Positions 27,745-41,689 of a stretch of DNA of 64,000 nucleotides are shown one piece after another; positions within the stretch are counted from its first letter, which is position 1, and the number at the start of each line of letters is the position of its first letter. The stretch comes from Eledone cirrhosa (taxonomy: Eukaryota). The notes below the pieces were generated by a model. That model had not been told where the DNA came from. It was given only the letters and a program-made list of their open reading frames with translations, and ran no database searches. Where the stretch lies: contig OZ024740.1 of NCBI GenBank assembly GCA_964016885.1, positions 160,146,001-160,210,000 on the forward strand. Direction: 5' to 3'. The translations under genes were made by a program, and so were the position numbers.

Positions 27745-28372
27745 ATGCAGGGAGGATCTATAGAAGTGGTTGATAGCTTTTGATACCTAGGTGATCAAAT
27801 TAACAAGTGAGGAGGATAATCCGAGGCAATAGTATCTAGAATAAGGATAGTATGGAAGAAGTTTAGGGAGCTCTTTCCTCTGTTGACAACGAAGGGTTTC
27901 TCCTTACAAATGAAATTTCAGTTGTATAATGCCTGTGTGTGATGTGTGATACTGCATGGCAGTGAGACATGGGCAGCAACTGTGGAGGATATACGAAAGC
28001 TGGAGAGAAATGAAGCAAGCATGCTCCAATGGATGTGCAATATCAATCAACAACCAAGCATGGAGGGATTGAGAGTGAAACTGTGTATAAGAGGGATAAG
28101 CTGTAGTGTGTGGGAGAGAAAACTGCATTTGTATGGCCATATGATGCGCATAGAAGATGACCGCTAGGTAAAGAAGTGCCAAGAAATCCCAGTGGAAGGA
28201 AGACGCAGTAAAGGAAGACCCCGAAAATCATGGTCGGAGGTAGTGAGAGCTGACCTCATATCACTGAAACTCACAGAGGAGATGACGAAAGACCATTATA
28301 AATGGAAAGATTCTGTGCTGAATAGGACCCTACACTTGCAAGCAAGGAAAAGTGGGTTTCAGATGATGATGA
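27745..28372 (+). mobile_element. Decayed RTE LINE 3' fragment
   Basis: LHGSETWA..LERNEASML..GHMMR, KGRPRKSW and a (GAT)n tail. Confidence 0.85.
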
Positions 28373-28373
28373 T

Positions 28374-28570
28374 AATTGTTTCTACTTTTGGCACAAGGCT
28401 AGCAATTATCCCAGTGCATTACTGCTACTTTATTTTTTCGACCCTGCAAGGATGAAACGCAAAGTTAACCTTGGCGGGATTTGAACTCAGAATGACAAGG
28501 GCTGTAACTCTATGCATCAAAGCATGGCGTCCGACCCTCTACCAATACTGCCAATCGACCGCTCTACCAA
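28374..28570 (-). mobile_element. tRNA-derived Nin-type SINE
   Basis: Reverse complement of the 25458 family. Confidence 0.8.
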
Positions 28571-28742
28571 TAATGATATATATATATTGTTATACTTTGG
28601 GAGGGTCATGTTGCCAATAAGAAACACACGCACCAGTTGCTTTCACTTCAATTTAATTTATTATATATTTATAAATTTACAAATTTATAAATTTCTGGTT
28701 GGTTGGTTGGTTCCACAACCAGATAGTTGTTTATATATATAT

Positions 28743-28787
28743 AGTCATAGTTCTTTCGTCACACACTCTGTGACCTCTTCAGTGACT
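28743..28787 (-). ncRNA. Minimal type I hammerhead ribozyme
   Basis: agtca-CTGAAGA-g gtcaca gagtg tgtgac-GAAA-gaac-TA-tgact. Confidence 0.85.
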
Positions 28788-30624
28788 GGGGATTTCTTTC
28801 TTCGTTTCTGTGCCTTTCCTTTCTTCTATCCTACGCCATTTTGTTTGTGTGTGGGTTGCGTGCTCAGTTTGCGCATGCGCCACATCCGGGTGTCTGTGTG
28901 TGTTTGTGTTCATTTTTCTATTTTTCTATTTATATTTTTTCTATTTGTTTGTTTATTTATTTATTTATTTATTGTTGGTTGGTTGTTTGTTCTATGTGTG
29001 TGTGTGTTTTCATTTTGTCTTGTGTGTGTTTTCATTTTGTGTGTGTTTTCAATTGTAAGTCGTTTGTTCTATGTGTGTGTGTGTTTTCATTTTGTCCTTA
29101 ATTGTAAGTTGTGATGTTGCTGTTCCACTCATATTTTCTATTTAATTTTGGTTTTAATTCTTTTATGCTTACTGCCTCTGTAATTTGCCTAAACATTGCG
29201 TCTTTCTTGTGTGTGGATTCTATTTTTATTTCTATGCTCTCTAATTTACCCCTGTGTTCTATCTTAGCATGTTGGTAGAGCACAGATGATTCTTTACTAT
29301 CTTGGAGGTCTCGCCAGTGTTCATTTATTCGTTCCCCTATACTACGAGCTGTCTCACCTATGTACACTATATTTTTGTTTCTACATTGTCCTTCAGTACA
29401 TCTTATGCTATATACTACATTTTTAGTTTTACAGTTAATATGGGGGCTTATTTTACAGGTTATACATTTCTTATCTATACATGAGGGTCTTTGGAACGGG
29501 TATGTCTTGCTAATAAGTGTTTTTACGGAGGTACCAGGTCTTTCTACTATCTTAATATTGAGATTATGTTTCTTTAGGGCCCTTCTAAATTTGTAGGCTA
29601 GTTCGCCTCTAGGGGTTGTATTGATGAACATTACACTCTGGTATTTATTGCTATCATACCATGAGTTTATTCTATTGGCCTTGTTCTTAGTTCTTTCTAT
29701 TCTATTCCAAAATTTGCTCCTATACAAGGGGCAGGTCCCATTTATGTCATTATTTACCATTTTTTCCCATTTGGTTCTGGCTCCTTTATATACTCTGATT
29801 CTATCTCTCTGATTGTAGCCAGAGAACTGCATACGGTGGATGAAGTGTTGTATGTGTCTCTCTAGTTCTTCGGGGTTGCACATGCGGGACACATTTCTCA
29901 TCACCCGTACCAAATCCGCAATCAGTATGTTGATTTTGGTATGGTCTGAAATGGCCGAGTTTCGGTGGATCAGAGGTTTGGAAGTCATGGGTTTGGCATA
30001 ATGGGAATGGAGGATTTGTTTTTGGTTGTTAATAGTATCTAACCAGAGCTCTGTGTCTAGTACAGGTAATCGATGGTTGGGGTGTCTACTTGGGTAGTCT
30101 ATAGTAACTCTAATGCTCTGGTGGATGGAGTTTGCTATTTGCTGGATGCTTTCCATTGTGTTTTTCTCCAAGATAGTAAAGAATCATCTGTGCTCTACCA
30201 ACATGCTAAGATAGAACACAGGGGTAAATTAGAGAGCATAGAAATAAAAATAGAATCCACACACAAGAAAGACGCAATGTTTAGGCAAATTACAGAGGCA
30301 GTAAGCATAAAAGAATTAAAACCAAAATTAAATAGAAAATATGAGTGGAACAGCAACATCACAACTTACAATTAAGGACAAAATGAAAACACACACACAC
30401 ATAGAACAAACAACTTACAATTGAAAACACACACAAAATGAAAACACACACAAGACAAATAAATAAACAAACAAATAGAAAAAAATATAAATAGAAAAAT
30501 GAACACAAACACACACAGACACCCGGATGTGGCGCATGCGCAAACTGAGCACGCAACCCACACACAAACAAAATGGCGTAGGATAGAAGAAAGGAAAGGC
30601 ACAGAAACGAAGAAAGAAATCCCC

Positions 30625-30669
30625 AGTCACTGAAGAGGTCACAGAGTGTGTGACGAAAGAACTATGACT
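30625..30669 (+). ncRNA. Minimal type I hammerhead ribozyme (inverted copy)
   Basis: agtca-CTGAAGA-g gtcaca gagtg tgtgac-GAAA-gaac-TA-tgact. Confidence 0.85.
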
Positions 30670-31000
30670 ATATATATATAAACAACTATCTGGTTGTGGA
30701 ACCAACCAACCAACCAGAAATTTATAAATTTGTAAATTTATAAATATATAATAAATTAAATTGAAGTGAAAGCAACTGGTGCGTGTGTTTCTTATTGGCA
30801 ACATGACCCTCCCAAAGTATAACAATATCGGTTTCAACACACGATTTCAGATAAAGAATCTTGCTAAACAAATTCAGAAACGAGATATATATATATATAT
30901 ATGTATATTTGTTCAATTGAAGAATGTAGGTTGATTGAAAATCTGCTGACTTTTTCTTAACAGAAGTAAATCACTCCACAATTTTTGTTCATCAGTAGTT

Positions 31001-31039
<39 letters not shown>

Positions 31040-31232
31040 GGTCATATTCAAATGTAAACATTTTACCAGTAAGGTAAACATATATATGAAATGATCTGTA
31101 TGAGCAAGACACAGTCATCTGAAAAATGGAGATTAAACAGTGATAATGATGATGAGTGTTTCTAGATTAATTGATATATAAATGTATATATAGTCATAGA
31201 TACAAATACATATAAATCCATATATACTTATA

Positions 31233-32340
31233 TCATCATCATCACCGTTTTACGTCCGTTCTTCCACGCTAGCATGGGTTAGATGGGTTGTCCTGTTGTG
31301 GGCAGTGTCCGGTCGGCTGACCTTGTCTTGCTCATATGGGAACTGATTCAGTCTCTCTCTCAATTCATTTATGCTTTGCCGTTCGCGTATATTACTATTA
31401 CACATCCATCGGAGCATGCAGGCTTCCTTTTTTTCTAATCTATGCAAGTCTTCCAAAGTCAGTGCCCAGGTCTCACTACCATGTTACATTGCTGTTCATA
31501 TACACACATCATACAGGCTGCCTTTCATTTTGAGGGAAAAGCCTTTTGCAGCTAGCAGTGGCAGTAGTTCCCTGAACTTCTTCCATCCCGTTTTTACCCT
31601 AGTTATTGTACTTTCTGAACACCCACCTCTGCTGCTAATTTGGTCACCTAGGTAGCAGAAGCTGTCTAGTGTTTCTACAGAGCCCTCCCAGAGATTGGTG
31701 GTACTTGTTTCCTGTGGCTGTTTGCTGCTTGCTGTCTCAGCACAGCTGCTACATGTGAAGCCTACATTCTTAGTTAAGCTTCCTGAGATCCCGCTACATC
31801 TCTTGTATACCAATTGTTTGCATTTGGGGCAGAGAATGGAGTTTGAGTATTGATTTTGAGACCCTTTCTTTCTAGTCCCTGCTTCCAAGTTTGGAATTTC
31901 TTCTCTAGTTCTACCATAGATTCAGCTATAAGTGCGAGGTCATCTGCATACAGGAGTTCCCATGGGCATCCGGTCTTAAACTCCTCCGTTATTGCCTGCA
32001 GGACTATGATGAACAGGAGAGGGCTAAGAACAGAGCCCTGAGGACACCGATCTGTATGCTAAATTCCTCGCTATACTCATTGCTAATCCTAACTTTGCTG
32101 ACTGCTCCCCTATACATGGCTTGTACAGCTTTCACAAGCCATTCATCTACTCCTAGTTTTCTAAGAGCCCACCAGATTATAGCACGGGGAACTCTGTCAA
32201 AGGTTTTCTTGAGATCGACAAATGCCAGGTAGAGTGGCGTACTTTTAGCTAGGTACTTTTCCTGTAACTGCCTCACAAGGAAGAGGGCATCAGTGGTGCC
32301 TCTTCCTGGCACAACCCCAAATTGCATCTCATCTAGTTTC
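31233..32340 (-). mobile_element. Truncated, internally deleted RTE LINE
   Basis: DEMQFG..DLKKTFDRV, CPKC..KRC, YLG and a (GAT)n tail; highly similar to 34660..36275. Confidence 0.9.
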
Positions 32341-32599
32341 ATATATATATATAATCCCTCTATTTCCCAATTGCAAATGTTCCACTCACACAATTATTGC
32401 TGTATTTATCACTTCACTAGCTTCCACAACACATTTATTTTTACCCTCATTTTCTCTCCCATGCTGCCTCTCTATGAAGTCATCTACTCTCTTGCTCGGT
32501 CTTACACTATTATTAGTGTTGTTTTATTTATCAGTTCGCTGTCTCTTCAAAGTGATCTACTCCTATCGGTTTATTTTGCCATGAGATGCTACAGGCCAT

Positions 32600-35500
32600 G
32601 ATGGCTACCTACCTCACAATTTCCATCCTGCCCACCTCCTCACACTACCATAGCCTATTCGAGCAATGAAACCTCAGCATGTCCCCCTCACCCATTACCA
32701 ACTCCAACAAACCCTGCCATTTCTACTACTACCTACCACTTTCCTCACCCGTCCCAGCCCCAACACACCCTGCCATTATTACCACCACCACTGTTCTAGC
32801 CATGAATTTTCCTACCGTTATGTATGGATGAGCTGAGAATAAATGGAGCAACCCTGAATTAATAAATGAAAATGAATATGAATCCGCAGCTACCAAGCAC
32901 CCATGTGAAGCTTCAATTCAGAGACAGGAAGCACACACACACCGCTGCAAAAATCAACCCTTCCCCACGAATATTGACAAATGACCAAAATCCGAGTTGG
33001 TACCATCAATGTAAGCACAATGAAAGGAAGAGCAGGAGAAATCGTAGAGATGCTAGAGGGAAAGGAAATTGATGTATGCTGTGTGCAAGAGACTAGATGG
33101 AGAGGAGAGTCTGCTAGAGTCTTTGTAGGAAAAGGTCAGTGCTACAAAATTTTCTAGGTTGGAAATGACGATGGGATGAGTGGTGTAGGTATACTACTAG
33201 CTGACAAGTGGGTAGATAAAGTAATCTCAGTGTACAGGGTGAATGCAAGATTCATTAAACTCAGACAAGTCCTGAATAAAACAATTACCACAATAATATC
33301 AGCTTTCGCACCACAATCGGGGTTGCCAGATGAACTTAAGGATAGGTTTTATGAGTCCCTAATGCACACTACTGCTCTAACAAACGACAATGACTTCCTA
33401 ATAATTGCAGGAGATTTTAACGGACACGTAGGTAAACACTGTGATGGCTTCAATAGAGTCCATGGAGGCCATGAGGTTGGCACAAGAAATGAAGGAGGAT
33501 TCAAGCTTCTAGAATTCTGCGACGCCAGTGACATGTCGATATGTAACACAAACTTCAAAAAACCCGACAACCACCTGATCACCTATAGATCAGGGGAGCA
33601 TTCTAGTCAGATAGATTTTATCCTCATCAGAGGAGGTGAAAGATGGATGGTCGAAAAACACAAAAGCCTTCCCTCGTGAGGAATGTACCTCCCAACATAA
33701 CTTAGTTGTCAGCGACCTCATGGTCAGAACTAGACAAACCTGGAAACAGAGGCCAGCCTGGAGAAGAAAGATCTGGAAGCTGAAAGACCCCTCAGCCAGT
33801 AACAGATTTAAAGATATTTTACTCAACGCCTACGACAGTAAAGAAGAACAGATAGAGACATTCAATGAAGAAGAGCACTGGGAATTCCTAAAAAATAACT
33901 TACTAGAGGCGACGGATGAGATCTGTGGCTGGAGTAAGACCACAGACAGGAGGAGAGTGACTTGGTGGGGGAACAATAAGGTAGATGAGGCAGTTAAGGC
34001 CAAGAGACAGGCATGGAAAGAATGGAAGAACGGGGGAAGCAGGGTACATTACATAGAGACCAGGAGGGAAGCTAGGCGACAAGTATACTTAGCTAGGAGG
34101 GAAGCAGAGGATAGAAAATTCAAGCATGTTTTCAAGAGGTGTTCAAGATTGTGAGGCAGTGTGTCAGAGAGAATTGTTATGTCATTGGAGAGAAGTGTAT
34201 CTAAAATGATAAAGGTGAGCTTGCCTTCATAAATGCTGAGAAGAAAGATGCTTGGAAGAGACATTATGATAGATTACTAAATGAGGAGAATGCATGGGAA
34301 GAAGAGACCCTACCCCAAGTAGACCCTATAGAGGGGCCAGCAGTACAAGTCATCAGCAGCATAGTAAGTAAGGCAATAAAAGATATGAAGATGGGGAAGG
34401 CAACCGGTCCATCAGGTATAACTGCCGAGATGCTGAAGGCATCTGGGTTGGTAGGTCACACTATAACCACACGTATTGTTAACCAGGTAATACCAGAAGG
34501 TGTCATACCAAAGGATTGGTGCAGTAGCATCATTGTCAACTGCTACAAAGGTATAGGTGATGATAGAGGAAACTAGATAGAGGAAACTATAGAGGTATAA
34601 AGCTGATGGACCAGATCATGAAAGTAACAGAAAGAGTTATAGCACAGTTGATTAGGGACCGGGTGAAACTAGATGAGATGTAATTTGGATTTGTACCTCT
34701 TCCTTGTGAGGCAGTTACAGGAAAAGTACCTAGCTAAAAGCAAGCCACTCTACCTGGCATTCGTCGATCTCGAGAAAATCTTTGACAGAGTTCCCCATTA
34801 GAAAACTAGGAATAGATGAATGGCTTGTGAAAGCTGTACAAGCCATGTATAGGGGAGCAGTCAAAAAAGTTAGGATTAGCAATGAGTATAGCGAGGAATT
34901 TAGCATACAGGTCGGTGTCCTCAGGGCTCTGTTCTTAGCCCTCTCCTGTTCATCATAGTCCTGCAGGCAATAACTGAGGAGTTTAAGACCGGATGCCCAT
35001 GGGAACTCCTGTATGCAGATGACCTCGCACTTATAGCTGAGTCTATGATAGAACTAAAGAAGAAATTCTAAACTTGGAAGCAGGGACTAGAAAGAAAGGG
35101 TCTCAAAGTCAACATGACAAAGACTAATGTCCTTTTAAGTAGACGAGAAAACAGAACCCGGATCCCCTCAGGGAAATGGCCTTGCTCAGTATGTAGGAAA
35201 GGTGTAGGTAGGAACTCCATTCTCTGCCCCAAATGCAAACAATTGGTACACAAGAGATGTAGCGGGATCTCAGGAAGCTTAATTAAGAATGTAGGCTTTA
35301 CATGTAGCAGCTGTGCTGGGACAGCAAGCAGCAAACAGCCACAGGAAACAAGTACCACCAATCTCTGGGAGGGCTCTGTAGAAACAGTAGACAGCTTCTG
35401 CTACCTAGGTGACCAAATTAGCAGTGGAGGTGGGTGTTCAGAAAATACAATAACTAGGGTAAGAACGGGATGGAAGAAGTTCAGGGAACTACTGCCACTG

Positions 35501-36275
35501 CTAGCTGCAAAAGGCTTTTCCCTCAAAATGAAAGGCAGACTGTATGATGCGTGTATACAAACAGCAATGTTTCATGGTAGTGAAACCTGGGCGCTGAAGG
35601 TGGAAGACTTGTGTAGATTAGAAAGAAACGAAGCCTGCATGCTCCGATGGATGTGTAATAGTAATATACGCAAAAGGCAAAGCATAAATGAATTGAGAGA
35701 GAGACTGAGCATAAGAGGAGTCAAATGCTGTGTGCAGGAGAGGCGGTTTCATTGGTATGGACATGTGATGCGTATGAAGGATGACAGCTGCATAAAAAGG
35801 TGCAGAGCACTAGAAGTCGATGGAAACCGCGGAGTGGGAAAACCCAAGAAGACCTGGGGTGAGGTGATAAAAGCCGACCTTACCCAATTACACCTCTCAC
35901 CTTACCCAATTACACCTCTCTGGCGTAACGCAGTAATACAGAGTACCCGACCCCCTATGGGTACAAGCCAAAGCTGAAGCATATAGACAATATGCCTCCA
36001 CACCCTCCCACTGCAAAGTGGTCGTGGAGGTGCCACGGCAAAAAAGCACCCAGCCCACACTGTAAAGTGGACGTGTAGGTGCCACGGAAAAAAAGCACCC
36101 AGCACTCACCTTAAATGAGGTTGGTGTTAGGAAGGGCATCCAGCTGTAGAAATCAAGCCAAAATCAGTTCCTGTATGAACAAGACAAGGTCAGCCGACCA
36201 GACACTGCCCACAACAGGTCAACCCGTGTAACCCATGCTAGCGTGGAAGAACGGACGTAAAACGGTGATGATGAT
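32600..36275 (+). mobile_element. Near full-length decayed RTE LINE (APE + RT with PHD-like finger)
   Basis: CVQETRW, SAFAPQ, GDFNGHVG, SQIDF, YADD region, ORF 35114..35977 and a (GAT)n tail. The 5' end is approximate. Confidence 0.92.
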
Positions 36276-36309
36276 AAATATATGTGTATGTATGAATGTA
36301 TGTATCTAT

Positions 36310-36393
<84 letters not shown>

Positions 36394-36780
36394 CATATAT
36401 ATATTCATGCACTCAATCATTGATCTGAGAGCCTACAAGTAGGTTTGATATTAGATAAAATAGAAACTTTTGAGAAATTTTAATGTAAGAACTTTATGGT
36501 TAAACATGCCTATTAGAAATTTTAAATTTTGCCTTAACACATCCAACTTAATGTAAAATTCATTCACAATCATTAATTTTGTTTTGTTTTGAAAAATATG
36601 TTATGAGCTTGTATGGATTGTTTCATTACGGAAAAGATGAAAATCTTCCACTATTAAAATGTGCAAAATTTCATTTCTCAAATACAAAATTTAAGCTTTT
36701 GACCATTTTAAATTAACTTCTAAAATATCAAGCATCATAAGAATTATCCATATTTTTTGCATCCCAAAATACTTGGATAA

Positions 36781-36850
<70 letters not shown>

Positions 36851-37338
36851 TTATATATATATATAAGGCTTCTTGATGATTCCTCTCGAATGATACAGTT
36901 CCAGTCCTGTAGAAACCATTTCTATATTAAATATATATATATATATAAAAGCCAAAATCTCAAATGGGAGAATATAAGATAGACAAACAAAAATAAGATA
37001 GTTTTACTCATATACAGTTTCTGTAATTAAGAAATAATATCAAATATCTCAATAAATTAAAACAACCAATATTGCAAGAATTATTCTGTTTTCAAATGGA
37101 ATTCTTTGGAGGTAGAGAAAATATTGAATAGAAAGCCTACAGATCATGTTGTTGTTGACACCACCTAGTGTCCAACAGCGTGTGGCATTGACATTCTAAA
37201 TAAACATATAGCACTTTATATATTTGGACAATACATTTAATTGCTTCTCTGAGCTGATATTTTCTATTTTCATTGAGATGTCTGAATATGTTAGAGACAA
37301 ATATATTTTTGATATATATATGTTGATACTACTTCTTG

Positions 37339-38000
37339 TCAGAAGAGTGCCACTCCTTCATTGAACATTGCATGATTCAGTGCATGCAGGTAACCTTTCA
37401 GATCCGCTTTTGTTTTGCAGGTATGTTCACAGATTTGGCACTTGAACTGTCCGTTTTCTGGTAAAACTGGCGACTTACTTTTAGCTAGGTACTTTTCTTG
37501 TAACTGCCTCACAAGGCAGAGTGCATCAGTAATGCCTGGTATGAATCCAAACTGCATCTCGTCCAGATTTAACCTGTCCCTAATCAACTGTGCTATCAGT
37601 TACTTTTATGACCTTGTCTATCAGCTTTATACCTCCATAGTTTCCTGTAAACAGTGCATCTCCTTTAACTTTGTAGCAGTTGAGAATGTTGCTGATGCAC
37701 CAATCATTTGGTATGACACGAACTAGTATTACTTGGTTTAGAATACGTGTGGTTATGGTGTGACCTACCGACCCAGATACTTTCAGCACCTCGGCAACTA
37801 TTCCAGATGGACCGGCTGCTTTCCTGGTTTTCATATCCTTAATTGCCTTACTACACTGCTGCTGACTTGTACTACTGGGCCTTAATTGTATAATCTACCT
37901 TATTGTTCCACTACCAAGTCACTCTCCTTCTCCTTGTAGTCTTGCTCCATCCACAGATTTCATCTGTCGCACCTAGTAGGTTATTTTTTTAGCAAATCCC
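37339..38000 (-). mobile_element. RTE fragments, including a C-terminal CxxC zinc-finger-like tip resembling BovB-type RTE ends
   Basis: KAAGPSGIVAE, DEMQFGF and FKCQICEHTCKTKADLKGYLH. Confidence 0.7.
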
Positions 38001-38039
38001 ATATATCATGTGACACTCAAAAGCTGCCATGACTGATAT

Positions 38040-38900
38040 TGGGTCTCTGCATTCCTGCTTATGTTTCAAGTAGAGGTGGTCTATGTCACTGTTGATGTGG
38101 AAATTTCTGGTGTTATTTAGGAGTGTTCAGGTTTTAACATCGATAGTTTGTATTTCATCTATTGTCCAATCAAGTATTTCAAACGTTTGTGTTAGGACAC
38201 GCAAAGCAAACACATTGTGAGCCTCTGTTTTATTGTGTGCAGAGATTTCAGACTATATTTTTCTTAATTTGATGTAATATTCCCTGGTTATGCATTCATT
38301 GTTATAGATACCATCATAAGATATATTCTCATCTATCCCCAGGTATCTGTAGCAGTCTTCATCAGATATCGGTGAAACAGTTATGCCATTGATAAAAATG
38401 CATCCAATTATGTATCCTTCACATTTCTTAAGCAGAAAGAACAAGGGGTTTAAAGACGGAATAAATAGTAACACAGATAGACTCTCTCTTTGAAATATAG
38501 CCCTGCAATATTCTATTTTATCAGTGAAAATAGAATCCTACTTCTCTGTATTTAGCTTTTGGATAGTAACCTAGGATGAAGATAGGTTCTCTTTGGGATT
38601 GATAAAGGTGCCTGGGACTTTAGCAATTTGAGGGCCTCTATCAGCAAAGTATAGGGAACAGAATCTAATGCATTCCTGTAGTCCAGCCATATTGTAATCA
38701 TGCTCTGCCTATGTCGCTGCACCTCTGACATCATTGTTTTGTTAATTAGGAGTTGCTCAACACACCTCCGAACTCCGTTCTTTCCTGCTGTTTACTCATC
38801 TGTGATATTATTGTCACAGTGATCCTGGAGAAATAAGTTCAGACAGGTGGTATGTATGTAGGTAGGAAGGTATGTCATATATTCATACATATAGTGAGCA
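38040..38900 (-). mobile_element. Decayed R4/Dong-like non-LTR RT fragment
   Basis: EQLLINK, IWLDYRNALDSVP and YRYLGIDE. Confidence 0.7.
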
Positions 38901-39622
38901 AGGAAGGTGGAGTATTTATATAGGCTATGAGATTTTTGTTTTTTTTTGTTTTTTTGTTTTAATGTTACATTCATTATATATTATTTAGTTTTAGATGACT
39001 GTATTCATTTAACTATTCATTGCAGCAGAAGTTTAATGTAAATTTATTGAATTGTGTTTTGGAATTTTTGTTGTTGTAGCTGTTGTTGTAGTTGCTGTTT
39101 TTGGTTGTGATGGTTGTGGCATTGCTTAATTCTAATCGATTGTATTCCTGTAGCTTTGAATATTGTTTTGTCATTGCAATATAATACAATTGACGGATAT
39201 CGAATCTATTTTTATCTTGTTCTGTGATAATCGGAAAATATGGATTTGTGATATGAATTCAGAAAAGAGAAAGATATGAAATAAACATATCTAAGCAACA
39301 TAAATATGTGTGTTGTGTGTACATATATGTGGGTGTATTTATATACTTGTGTGTATGTATATATATATATATATACATATACTTATATGTGTGTATATAT
39401 ATAGATAGATATACACACAAACATACGAATACACCCACACATATATATGTAAATATACACACACCACCCACAAATATAGGAGTACAACACACACATACAC
39501 ACATAATATATATAAATGTACACACACAAAATAAATGTGTTTGGAACATGGCAAGAAAATTTTTAGAATTGAAATAGAAATGATATTCTTGCTGTAACAT
39601 TGACTAGATAATATAGTCTAAT

Positions 39623-39785
39623 AATTGTTTCTACTTTAGGCACAAGGCCAGCAATTACCCAGTGTATTGCTGGTACTTTATTTTATCGACCCCGTAAGGA
39701 TGAAAGACAAAGTTAACCTCGGCAGGATTTGAACTCAGAATGGCAAGGGCCGTAACTCTATGCACCAAAGCATGGCATCCGACAG
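39623..39785 (-). mobile_element. tRNA-derived Nin-type SINE (5'-truncated)
   Basis: Same family as 25458. Confidence 0.8.
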
Positions 39786-41689
39786 TGAAAAAAGATGGGT
39801 ATCAGCACACATGGGATTCAAAGCCACGCCTCTCATTTGCCAGTCTAGTACACTACCATTTCTCCAATGAACTGACCCAGCTTTTTCCATTATTTTTAGA
39901 AGCTATAACTTAATAGTGATATGTATACAAGGGAAATATATTTGGATCCTAGCGACAAAGTTTTAGAATTGAAATAGAAATAGAAGCATTGCTGTTTTAT
40001 TACTATTTCTTTTTGGTATTTTGTCAAAGAGAAAAGGGCAATACTCATGACCCTTTAGAGGGCTTTTGAGTCTGGTGGAAGTGAGGGAGGGAGGGAACAA
40101 GAAACCTGGTTTAAATGCTTGCTGTAAAGGGAACTCCACTAAAGCCAGTCCATGCGTCAACTACTGATTTTAAACTGGCTGATAGATTGTTAAAAAAAAA
40201 TAACATGTATGTATGTGTGTGAAAGCAATGTAATTAGGAAAGAAAATAGTGATACTAGCAACAGAAACACTATTTGTAATAGTTGCTGTCACTCCGTTGC
40301 TTCAGATCAATCCTGCATATATTTACATACAACATCTGTTTGAATTTGTGGGATTTGGGCCTGTTGTCAGTGGCAAATTTTCAGAGTTCAATGGCATTGG
40401 ATAGAATGCATTGTGATGTTCTTTCCAGCTCTCTACATTCTGGTTCCAATTACTCCTTAGGCCAACTTTGTCTTTCATCCATTTGTGCTAGATAAAATAC
40501 CAATCCAGTACTGATGGGTTGATTCTTCTATCTTGCTCTTCTCTCTCAGAAATATATTGTCTACTTTAGTTAAATCTGGAGAGGGATGAGGCTGTAAGAT
40601 TTTTAAATGCTCAAGACTCATTCTGTGACAGTGCCCCTAAACCTTTATGGGATTAAAGAACTTTAATGTTGAGGACACCAGCATGGTTAAATGATTAAAA
40701 AGTTAGTTTCTTGCAGTTCTGGGTTCAAATTCACTACATGGGATTTGGGGCTATTGTATTTTCCATAACTTCATGTTGACTCAAAACATATGGACGAAAT
40801 TTGGTAGACAGAAATGTATTATAAGCCTGATAAATGGCATGTTCCTTTAATTCAAATAGCCAATCTTGTAGCAATATGTTAGGCTTAATACCTCAGAGAT
40901 TTGCTGTAAGGGCACATGTGTTTGTGGAATATTCAGCTAGTTAAATGCAAATTTCATGAGTTTGCTGTTCTGTTTGTCTAGCTAATGGAACAATCATCAT
41001 TGGAATCTAGTGTTTTGTCTGCTTCTTCTGTAGAATATTTGTCATATAAAGTGTATTATTTTGCTGGGTACTGATTGTTTTTCTTTTTACTTTTCACTCT
41101 CCTGAAGTTGAGAAAATAAAGTACCAGTCAAGTACTGGGGTTAATATAATCAGATTCCTTTTTCTCCAAAATTATTAGCCTTGTGTAAAAAATTAGAAAC
41201 CCTTATTATTTTTCGTTATGCCCGTTATGAGATAAAATCCTATTCCTCTTAATTTTATCTTCCATCCCACCAGGATTGATAAAATGAAGTATCAATCAAA
41301 TAAAAGTTTTAATTTAATCGACTATCACTTCCCCAACAAACATTATGATCTGGACCAAAGTAAAAAAAAATACCCCATAATAATTGTTGTTGTTACTCAG
41401 TGGGCAGTGGATTGGCAGTTTTATGAAAGTATCAGACATTTGCCTTGCAATCTGAGTTGAAATCACACCGAGATCAACTTTGCCTTTCATCCACCCAGTT
41501 TTGATTAAGTACCAGTGGAGTTTGATTTGAGGTCATTTTCTTTCCTGATAATCTTTGTCAACTACATCTAGTTGTTTAGCCAGAATATGTTCACTTTGTC
41601 ATTCTCTGTGACCTCTTCTAGTGTATGTTTACACCACCTCTCTTCTATTGCTATTTCATAATACAGCTTAACTTCCAATATGGGAAAGC

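Larger units (their letters stand above)
28587..30884 (-). mobile_element. Penelope-like element: 5'-truncated copy (ORF 29098..30171, minus strand) joined to an inverted copy of its own 3' ~660 bp and a unique tail
   Basis: 357-aa open ORF (LPVLD, YAKPM, CIDKKCITC, VVY..YIGET..RINEH, EA..PKLN); 30166..30828 is the reverse complement of 28584..29307. Confidence 0.93.

Noticed and set aside
28512-29114. 200-aa hydrophobic ORF (and similar ORFs at 12915 and 30415)
   Set aside because: It is an antisense reading of a T/G-rich PLE 3' UTR, with no protein motif.
37339-37587. Possible host C2H2 zinc-finger exon (FKCQICEHTCKTKADLKGYLH)
   Set aside because: It is a single degenerate finger with no TGEKP linker, fused to an RTE RT fragment; a LINE C-terminal tip explains it better.
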